Origin: an uncultured Gammaproteobacteria bacterium
GTDB lineage: Bacteria > Patescibacteriota > Microgenomatia > CAYQLK01
DNA length: 64,000 bases
Reading direction: 5' to 3'
Assembly (NCBI GenBank): GCA_964404855.1
Contig: CAYOLO010000002.1
Coordinates: 131,494 to 195,493, forward strand
Shown: in pieces, positions 57,870-64,000 of the stretch
Layout: each line of letters starts with the position of its first letter
Numbering within the stretch: position 1 is the first letter of the stretch
Notes under the pieces: model-generated
What the model was told of the DNA's origin: nothing
The model's database searches: none
What the model saw: only the letters and a program-made list of their open reading frames with translations
Program-made: the position numbers and the translations under genes

Positions 57870-60800
57870 TATTTGTCTTCTCCTTCTTTTTCATCCTCGT
57901 CCGAGGAAGTACTTTCTTCTAGTTCGGTGAGTTCAGCTTCTGCCTCGGCGTCTTCAGCCGATTCGTCTTCAGTAATTTCGTTTTCTGCTTCGACACTCTT
58001 GATGTCAGGAACGATTTCGGAAAGAATTTCTTCTTCAGCGACATCGGCTTTGGCTTCGACTTTTTCTTCGGGTTTGCCGTCTTCGGATTTGTCTGACTCG
58101 TCAATGATCGTAGCACCTAAAGCTTCGACATTGAGTGAAAGCGATTGAAGTTCTTTGACAAGGACTTTGAATGATTCCGGAATTTGAGGAGTTGGAATAT
58201 CGGTTCCTTTGACTATAGCTTCGAATGCTTTTGGTCGGCCGACAATGTCGTCGGACTTAATCGTTAACATTTCCTGAAGGATGTGGGCGGCACCGTAAGC
58301 TTCGAGAGCCCAAACCTCCATTTCTCCAAGACGCTGTCCACCCATTTGAGCTTTACCACCGAGTGGCTGCTGAGTAATGAGTGAGTAGGGTCCGGTAGAA
58401 CGTGCGTGAGTCTTGTCCTCAACCATGTGGATAAGTTTGAGAATATAACTAGTTCCGACAACGATCGGACGATCGAATGCTTCACCCGTGCGGCCGTCGT
58501 AGAGAGTAGTTTTACCGTTGACCGGCAGACCGGCTTTGCCAAACTGTTCGACAATGACATCCTCGTCAACCTCTTCGAATACAGGAAGGGCTACTTTGTA
58601 ACCGAGTTTTTCGGCACTAACTCCAAGGTGGGCCTCCATCAATTGGCCAAGGTTCATACGAGCAAGAACAGACAAAGGACTAATGATGATATCAACAGGC
58701 TTGCCTTCTGCTGTGTGTGGCATATCAGCTTCGGGAACAATCTTTGAGATGACACCTTTGTTTCCGTGGCGACCACAAAGTTTGTCTCCAACAACGACTT
58801 TGCGCATTTGAGCAATTTTGACGGTAATCTTTTTGATCGCACCAGGCTCCAATTCGTCACCGGCGGCACGTGATAAGACTTTGATTCCGATAACGGTACC
58901 GCGCTCACCGTGAGGAACTCTCAAGGAAGTATCTCTGACCTCGCGGGCTTTTTCACCAAAAATTGCGCGTAGCAGACGCTCCTCAGCAGTAAGCTCGGTC
59001 TCACCTTTTGGAGCAATTTTTCCAACAAGAATATCGTTAGGTCCGACTTCTGCACCGATAACAATAACTCCGTCTTCGTCGAGGTTGGCTAGATCTTCTT
59101 CAGAAACGTTTGGGATATCGCGTGTGGTCTCTTCTGGTCCGAGCTTGGTGTCAACAACAACTGCGGTGTGTTCTTCGATGTGAACAGAGGTCAAAAGATC
59201 ACTCTTAACGAGGCGGTCGGAAATAACAATAGCGTCTTCGTACCCCAAACCGTCGTAACTCATGTAAGCAATGGTTAGGTTCTGTCCGAGTGCTAATTCT
59301 CCGCCCTCTGAAGCTGGACCATCAACCAGAACATCGCCTGCTTTGAAGCTGTCGCCGGTATAAACAAATGGTCTCTGTGAGTAACAAGTAGATTGCTGCG
59401 AACGAACGAATTTTTTGATCGGGTAGGTAACCAGCTCTTTTTCGCCAGCGTAGCGAACTACGACTTTGTTGGCGTCAGCGAATTCGACTTTACCGTCTTT
59501 TTCGGCGGTAATAACCCGACCCATTGTTACCGAAACTGGATTTTCCATACCTGTACCAATAATCGGTGAGTGAGGGATAAGAAGCGGTACTGCCTGACAC
59601 TGCATGTGTGTACCCATCAAAGCACGGTTAGCATCGTCGTGGCTAAGGAATGGAATAAGCGAAGCTGATGTACCAATGATCTGGCGAGGAATAATATCGA
59701 TATAGTCTACGTCGGTAGCTAGTGCGGTAGTGAATTCACCCATGTGGCGAACCGGAACACGGTTTTCGACGATTGTACCGTCTTTTGCTAGCTCTATTTC
59801 TGAATGAGTGATGATGGCTTCATCCTCGTCGTCAGCAGTGATATAAACGATTTCGTCGGTTACGACAGCCTTGTCGCCTTTTTTGACCACTTTGCGATAA
59901 GGTGCTTCGATAAAACCTAATTCGTTGATACGGGCATAAAGAGCAAGATAGGTAACCAGACCAATGTTCGGACCTTCAGGACTTCTGACTGGGCAAATAC
60001 GTGAATACTGCGAGGAGTTGATATCGCGAATCGAGAAAGCTGCTCTTTCACGGGTAATACCGCCCGTACCCATAACTGACAGTCTGCGCATTGTGTCAAC
60101 TTCGGCCAGAGGATTAGTCTGATCAAGAATTGTTGCCAACTGCGAAGTGCGGAAGAATTCGTTAATTGCAGACATAACAGGTCGGGCATTAACTAACGTA
60201 GCTGGTGTTGGTGGAATTTCCGGATTAGCTGTGGTCATTCTTTCGCGAATAACGCGCTCAAGACGAAGAATACCGACACGGAAGGCGTTCTGCTGAGTCA
60301 GTTCACCAACTGAGCGTACGCGGCGGTTACCAAGATGGTCAATGTCATCAACGCGGCCTTTGTTAAAACTCAGACCAATTAGGTAAGCAATTGAAGCAAG
60401 AAGGTCGGTTTTGTTGAGAATAAGAGGATTAGAATCTTCTGAATCAGCGGATTTGACTAGCGGTTTGATGTCTTTGAGCTTGCGGTCCATTTTGTAACGG
60501 CCGACTTCGGCGAGGTTGTAACGACGATCATTGAAGAACATTCCTTCAACCATAGCTCTGGCTGTATCGAGAACCAGAGGATCGCCGGGTCGCATACGGC
60601 GGTATATTTCCAGCAGAGCTTCGTCGGAGTTGGTAGTTGTGTCTTTTGCCAGGGTATTGTGAATAAAAGCCATCTCTTCTTCAGGTAAGAATTTGAAAGC
60701 TTCGATTATCTGTTCATCACTGCTGAGTCCGATCGCGCGCAAAAAGGTAGTAACCGGGAATTTGCGGCGGCGGTCGATTTTGACATTGATCGTGTCGGTA

Positions 60801-61318
60801 CGACTAAGTGAAAATTCGAGCCAGGAACCTCTAAGCGGACGAACCTCGGCTGTGTAGAGGATTTTTCCGGTACCGGGATCCATAGCTGCGGAGTAATAAA
60901 CACCAGGAGCTCGAACTAGCTGATGAACAATTGCACGCTCAACACCATTGACAATGAAAGTACCGCGTTCAAGCATTAGAGGGATATCACAGAGGAATAC
61001 TTCCTGATTGATTGTCTCTTCGGTTTGTTTGTTTGTGAGTTTGGCCTGAACTTTGAGTGGTGCGTCGTAGGTAAGGCCCTTTTCTACTGCTTCTTCCGGG
61101 GTAATGGCCGGCTTGCCAAGTGTTAATTTGGAGAATTCCAGTCGATAGTTCTTGCCGGTAACATCCTCGATAGGGCTGATCTCGCGGATAACTTCTTCTA
61201 GACCCGTGTCTAGGAATTTCTGGAATGATGTCTTGTGGATTTTGAGCAGATCAAGATTAGGAAGGTTGGGTGTCTGACGACCCCAATAAAGACGTGTTTT
61301 GTAATTTGTTTCAGCCAT
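57869..61318 (-). CDS. rpoB: DNA-directed RNA polymerase subunit beta (acidic C-terminal tail)
   Basis: Colinear with bacterial RpoB. Ends in ...SSDEDEKEGEDK. Its stop overlaps the rpoC start. Confidence 0.95.
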   Translation of the reverse strand: MAETNYKTRLYWGRQTPNLPNLDLLKIHKTSFQKFLDTGLEEVIREISPIEDVTGKNYRLEFSKLTLGKPAITPEEAVEKGLTYDAPLKVQAKLTNKQTEETINQEVFLCDIPLMLERGTFIVNGVERAIVHQLVRAPGVYYSAAMDPGTGKILYTAEVRPLRGSWLEFSLSRTDTINVKIDRRRKFPVTTFLRAIGLSSDEQIIEAFKFLPEEEMAFIHNTLAKDTTTNSDEALLEIYRRMRPGDPLVLDTARAMVEGMFFNDRRYNLAEVGRYKMDRKLKDIKPLVKSADSEDSNPLILNKTDLLASIAYLIGLSFNKGRVDDIDHLGNRRVRSVGELTQQNAFRVGILRLERVIRERMTTANPEIPPTPATLVNARPVMSAINEFFRTSQLATILDQTNPLAEVDTMRRLSVMGTGGITRERAAFSIRDINSSQYSRICPVRSPEGPNIGLVTYLALYARINELGFIEAPYRKVVKKGDKAVVTDEIVYITADDEDEAIITHSEIELAKDGTIVENRVPVRHMGEFTTALATDVDYIDIIPRQIIGTSASLIPFLSHDDANRALMGTHMQCQAVPLLIPHSPIIGTGMENPVSVTMGRVITAEKDGKVEFADANKVVVRYAGEKELVTYPIKKFVRSQQSTCYSQRPFVYTGDSFKAGDVLVDGPASEGGELALGQNLTIAYMSYDGLGYEDAIVISDRLVKSDLLTSVHIEEHTAVVVDTKLGPEETTRDIPNVSEEDLANLDEDGVIVIGAEVGPNDILVGKIAPKGETELTAEERLLRAIFGEKAREVRDTSLRVPHGERGTVIGIKVLSRAAGDELEPGAIKKITVKIAQMRKVVVGDKLCGRHGNKGVISKIVPEADMPHTAEGKPVDIIISPLSVLARMNLGQLMEAHLGVSAEKLGYKVALPVFEEVDEDVIVEQFGKAGLPVNGKTTLYDGRTGEAFDRPIVVGTSYILKLIHMVEDKTHARSTGPYSLITQQPLGGKAQMGGQRLGEMEVWALEAYGAAHILQEMLTIKSDDIVGRPKAFEAIVKGTDIPTPQIPESFKVLVKELQSLSLNVEALGATIIDESDKSEDGKPEEKVEAKADVAEEEILSEIVPDIKSVEAENEITEDESAEDAEAEAELTELEESTSSDEDEKEGEDK

Positions 61319-61635
61319 ACAAAGTAACTTTTTTAGTATAAAAAGATTCAGGCAGCACGAACAATATTTATATGTATAAAGGATTTCCTAGTTACCCGAG
61401 CCCTATTGCGAGGCGCAACCAAATAGAGTTGCTTTTGATGCTCAAATCTTTCAGACAAAAGACCACAAAACCACAGGAATTACTCCCCTGCTGTCAAGTG
61501 GTTAAGGGCAAATATATACGTATTTGCTGAATGTGTCAATAGTCTTTTTTATAGTTTCTTTTTAAAAAACAATTATTATATTTCCCTCTTCACTTTTTGA
61601 TGACTGGCAGTTTGTGTATTACCGGCCACTCATCA

Positions 61636-61707
61636 AGCTAGATTTTCAGATTTAGAAATCACTTGTTGTGTTGATTTGTATTTTATTTTTAAGGAATATC
61701 TGAAAAT
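61636..61707. repeat. 12-bp perfect inverted repeat (agattttcagat / atctgaaaatct) separated by 48 nt in the rpoB leader region
   Basis: Exact reverse-complement segments at 61636-61647 and 61696-61707. Confidence 0.5.
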
Positions 61708-61766
61708 CTAAAGCCGTTCAGAGGAAAATGTGATCAGTTTATGAGGAGCTTATTTTCTCCTTTTTC

Positions 61767-61928
61767 TTATGGCTTTTTTAGTTTTTTTAAGAAAAAGCCC
61801 CGTGGGTTGAGCACGGGGCGGGGTGTGGATTGGTCAGCCTGCCAAGGCAACAAAGTAGAGCACAGAATACGACCGCGCGCCCTATCGGGTTTATCGGACA
61901 TGTTCCAGAACGCCCTTGAACAGGTCAT
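61767..61928 (-). other. GC-rich ~150-nt transcription unit: candidate sRNA or 53-aa ORF (MTCSRAFWNMSDKPDRARG...), its 3' end spanning the 61796-61830 terminator
   Basis: Minus-strand -10 TATAAT at + 61948-61953, GC-rich segment 61830-61945, then hairpin gccccgtg-ctcaaccc-acggggc plus TTTTTCTT. The ORF reads through the terminator hairpin. Confidence 0.3.
61796..61830 (-). terminator. rho-independent terminator (gccccgtg/cacggggc stem plus T-run)
   Basis: Hairpin followed by tttttctt on the minus strand. Confidence 0.5.
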
Positions 61929-61965
61929 CCACACCAGGTAATTATATTACCGCTGGTCAAATAAT

Positions 61966-61993
61966 AAAAAACCCTCCTTTTTAGGGGAGGGCT
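61966..61993 (-). terminator. family terminator hairpin (A)CCCTCC-TTTTTAGG-GGAGGG(T) plus T-run
   Basis: 18 nt downstream of the stop at 62011. Confidence 0.65.
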
Positions 61994-62010
61994 AAGAGGG
62001 TCGGAAGTTC

Positions 62011-62475
62011 CTACAGAGGGAGCGCCACCTTGCGTTCCCGCCGGTGTCGGACTCGGGTAAGAGCCGCGGCGATACCGTTGCGGATCGCCTGGAGCGGGGC
62101 GCGATGGCCGACCAGCTGCATCTTATCGTCGATGGTTTCCATGACCAGCTCGGCCTGCTCGGGGTCGAGCATGAAGCCGTTTTTGGGGTACCGCGGTTTG
62201 GGGGTAAAAACTCCCGGACCGCCGTACTCGAGCAGCTGAACTTCGACTCCGGCAGCTTCGTAGCCGTCGAGGGCGCCGACGTAGAGGTCGAGCGGTCCAT
62301 CGCAGTGCAATGCGATAACCTGGTCTCCTGTCATGGCAACCGCGTCCTCGAATGCGCGACGGTAAGCCTCCTCGTACGCTTGCTCCAGGTGGGTATCAGA
62401 CCGCCTGGCAAAGAGGTATCTGTCGACATTGTCGGGACTGAACGTCCGACTATGTACGTCGGGCAGAGGCGGCAT
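62011..62475 (-). CDS. GC-rich hypothetical protein (154 aa)
   Basis: About 62% GC. The ORF-track start (62634) lies upstream of this unit's own promoter (62532-62560), so the start was moved to the first ATG downstream of the TSS (MPPLPDV). No recognisable motif. Confidence 0.5.
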   Translation of the reverse strand: MPPLPDVHSRTFSPDNVDRYLFARRSDTHLEQAYEEAYRRAFEDAVAMTGDQVIALHCDGPLDLYVGALDGYEAAGVEVQLLEYGGPGVFTPKPRYPKNGFMLDPEQAELVMETIDDKMQLVGHRAPLQAIRNGIAAALTRVRHRRERKVALPL

Positions 62476-62531
62476 CACACAGATGATTCTCAAGTTTCTG
62501 TTTGAACTCCTTTTGGTAATGAACTGAGGCG

Positions 62532-62560
62532 AATTATACTTGTTTTTAGATAAAAAATCA
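62532..62560 (-). promoter_or_regulatory. family promoter copy D (ctagtaTTTGATT-17-TATAAT)
   Basis: + strand attata at 62532-62537 and aatcaa at 62555-62560. Confidence 0.5.
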
Positions 62561-62647
62561 AATACTAGAGGATAGTCTGACACATATTTAATTATTTTTT
62601 GAAAGGGATTTGTAGACTCTAGCTTTTTTGCCAAACCAGCAAAATAA

Positions 62648-62678
62648 AAGCCCTCCTTTTTAGGGGAGGGCTAGGGCG
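62648..62678 (-). terminator. family terminator hairpin GCCCTCC-TTTTTAGG-GGAGGGC
   Basis: 13 nt downstream of the stop of the 56-aa ORF. Confidence 0.65.
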
Positions 62679-62690
62679 GGAAGCTGAAGA

Positions 62691-62861
62691 TCACCTCAAC
62701 TCGTTGCAGATCACGGCGAACGAATCGCCGATCAGAGGAATACTGCTCTGGCATTCCTGAGCGACATTCGGACGCTCGGGCAGACCGATGAGACTGATTG
62801 CGACCAGCGCGATCGTAATGGCGACCAGAGTGGTTCCGAAAACACGGGTCAAGTTGGCCAT
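62691..62861 (-). CDS. GC-rich 56-aa single-TM peptide (MANLTRVFGTTLVAITIALVAISLIGLPERPNVAQECQSSIPLIGDSFAVICNELR)
   Basis: AAGGAG RBS 9 nt upstream of ATG, family promoter 47 nt upstream, family terminator downstream. Not in the ORF track (size). Confidence 0.5.
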   Translation of the reverse strand: MANLTRVFGTTLVAITIALVAISLIGLPERPNVAQECQSSIPLIGDSFAVICNELR

Positions 62862-62912
62862 GAACAAGGTCGTTTTCTCCTTAGAGGTAGTTGGTAATGT
62901 TCAGTGGAGACA

Positions 62913-62941
62913 ATTATACCGCATTTTAGGCAAAAAATCAA
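62913..62941 (-). promoter_or_regulatory. family promoter copy E (atagtaTTTGATT-17-TATAAT)
   Basis: + strand attata at 62913-62918 and aatcaa at 62936-62941. Confidence 0.5.
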
Positions 62942-63021
62942 ATACTATAGGGCTTAAATAGTACATGGGAAAAAATTTATAATGGACTTATGATGGATTG
63001 GACTGGCACTTCAGGTGTATA

Positions 63022-63729
63022 ATGCCTCAGGCAAAAATCATGACATTAATAATTACAGTTATCGAAAAAGACCATATTTGGCAATCGTCTGACCATCGGA
63101 TTACAAAAATTAACGGTGATCTGTTTGACGATAAGTCGATCAAACATATTCACCTGAACTGCACAGACGGAAAAGCACTTTTGTCCTGGACTGGACTGGC
63201 CGAACTCAAAGACAAAACCAGACTGAACGTTTGGCTTAAAGATGTGCTTAAAGCCGGAGTTGGAACGGTAGATGAGACGCTGAAGACAATTACGGATCGG
63301 GCAAGTACAGATATTGGCGGAAGTTTTGAATTAGTGGTGAGTGTCGGCGCTTTTATTAATGACCAGCCTTGGTATTATGAAATAACTAATTTAGTTGAAG
63401 ATAAGGGTAAGGCGAAGTTAAAAAATAAATTCACAATCAAAAAAACCAAAGCGGACAAGGATGGATTGTTCCATGGCGGAAGCGGTAAGATCGGTTTGAC
63501 CCAGAAGGACATTAATGCAATTAAAAAAGAGGCAAAAAAGGCTACAGGTGACCCTGATCAATTTTCTAAGACTTTGGCAAATATCAACAAAAAGGTGTCG
63601 GGAAACGTAAAGACCGTAAGCCCGAGCTGTACGACCGCATATATCACGTCAGTCGGCGGAATTACTACCGAGATCCACTCTAACGAGGATCAGGACGATT
63701 ATGTTTATATCGTCCCGACGTCGGTATAA
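63022..63729 (+). CDS. hypothetical protein (~235 aa), divergently transcribed from unit E
   Basis: ORF-track ORF 62998..63729. An extended -10 (gTGtaTAATg) overlaps the ORF-track start, so the start was moved to an internal ATG. No recognisable motif. Confidence 0.45.
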   Translation: MPQAKIMTLIITVIEKDHIWQSSDHRITKINGDLFDDKSIKHIHLNCTDGKALLSWTGLAELKDKTRLNVWLKDVLKAGVGTVDETLKTITDRASTDIGGSFELVVSVGAFINDQPWYYEITNLVEDKGKAKLKNKFTIKKTKADKDGLFHGGSGKIGLTQKDINAIKKEAKKATGDPDQFSKTLANINKKVSGNVKTVSPSCTTAYITSVGGITTEIHSNEDQDDYVYIVPTSV

Positions 63730-63751
63730 AACTCCAGGTTTTTCATTCATT

Positions 63752-63785
63752 GATAAAAAAAGGCACCGCTTTTTGGTATTGTGCG
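63752..63785 (-). terminator. rho-independent terminator (ggcaccgc/gcggtgcc stem, T7 on the minus strand)
   Basis: Perfect 8-bp stem with 13-nt loop, followed by ttttttt in minus sense. Terminates the GC-rich partial gene to the right. Confidence 0.5.
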
Positions 63786-63820
63786 GTGCCGATAAGGGCA
63801 TTGTAATGATGTCGGAGCCT

Positions 63821-64000
63821 AGTTCTGGGCTCGGATCCGATTTTTGATTTTTTTGCGCTCGATATCCCACTCCACCTCTTGCCACTGGTCATCCACGAAC
63901 CTGAAGCAGTGGCGGATCTTACGGTTCGGGCTGGTAACCATGAAGAATCCTCTATTGAGGTTGTTCTCGAAGAAGTCTCTGATCCGGCTGGCTGAGTCTT
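63821..64000 (-). CDS. 3' end of a GC-rich gene continuing beyond the window (...FFENNLNRGFFMVTSPNRKIRHCFRFVDDQWQEVEWDIERKKIKNRIRAQN*)
   Basis: Open minus-strand frame from the window edge to TAG at 63821-63823, about 55% GC, followed by a hairpin terminator. Confidence 0.35.

Noticed and set aside
54171-61318. Numerous 60-150 aa ORFs on both strands within rpoB/rpoC (e.g. 56671..57117, 57873..58148, 58406..58747)
   Set aside because: They are embedded in or antisense to unambiguous RNA polymerase coding sequence.
1-64000. CRISPR arrays or alternative genetic code (UGA recoding)
   Set aside because: There are no regularly spaced short direct repeats. All long housekeeping ORFs are uninterrupted under the standard code, so code 25/4 is not indicated.

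Overview
This is a low-GC bacterial chromosome segment with hallmarks of a CPR/Patescibacteria-type genome. Evidence: no rpmD (L30) between rpsE and rplO, tandem GT39/PMT-like polytopic glycosyltransferases, a DUF5679-type zinc-ribbon mini-protein, tail extensions on several r-proteins, and the standard genetic code (no in-frame stops in long ORFs). Almost everything is on the minus strand: rpoB-rpoC-rpsL-rpsG-fusA ... tuf ... rpsJ through rplQ-rplM-rpsI (S10/spc/alpha superoperon, 30+ genes). This is followed by rfbB, several membrane-anchored Thr/Pro-rich surface proteins, aquaporin, a GC-rich 3D-domain protein, tRNA-Pro(GGG), recA-recX, rny, hup, a YerC-like regulator, a MiaB-family methylthiotransferase, an FAD oxidoreductase, miaA, an AI-2E transporter, RNase P RNA (rnpB, + strand) and comM. 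A + strand operon carries two paralogous GT39-like glycosyltransferases, an HAD-like protein and a large polytopic membrane protein. The outstanding observation is that the normally contiguous str/S10 backbone is interrupted at three places: rpsJ|tuf, tuf|fusA, and just upstream of rpoB. Most of the inserted units are GC-rich (~55-60% GC vs ~30-47% host) single-gene units. Each has its own AT-rich sigma70-type promoter of one shared family (TAGTATTTGA-centred -35, 17-nt spacer, TATAAT). Each is terminated by a near-identical hairpin family (GCCCTCC-TTTTTAGG-GGAGGGC plus T-run). Three units are additionally separated by a ~140-bp conserved element with a compensatorily varying stem. One captured gene is a class II fructose-1,6-bisphosphatase (GlpX); the others are unrecognisable. 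The tuf|fusA insertion additionally contains an APH-fold kinase, a PIG-L/LmbE-family deacetylase and a 668-aa orphan protein preceded by a terminator/antiterminator-like leader. Several ORF-track starts in these units lie upstream of their own promoters and were corrected.
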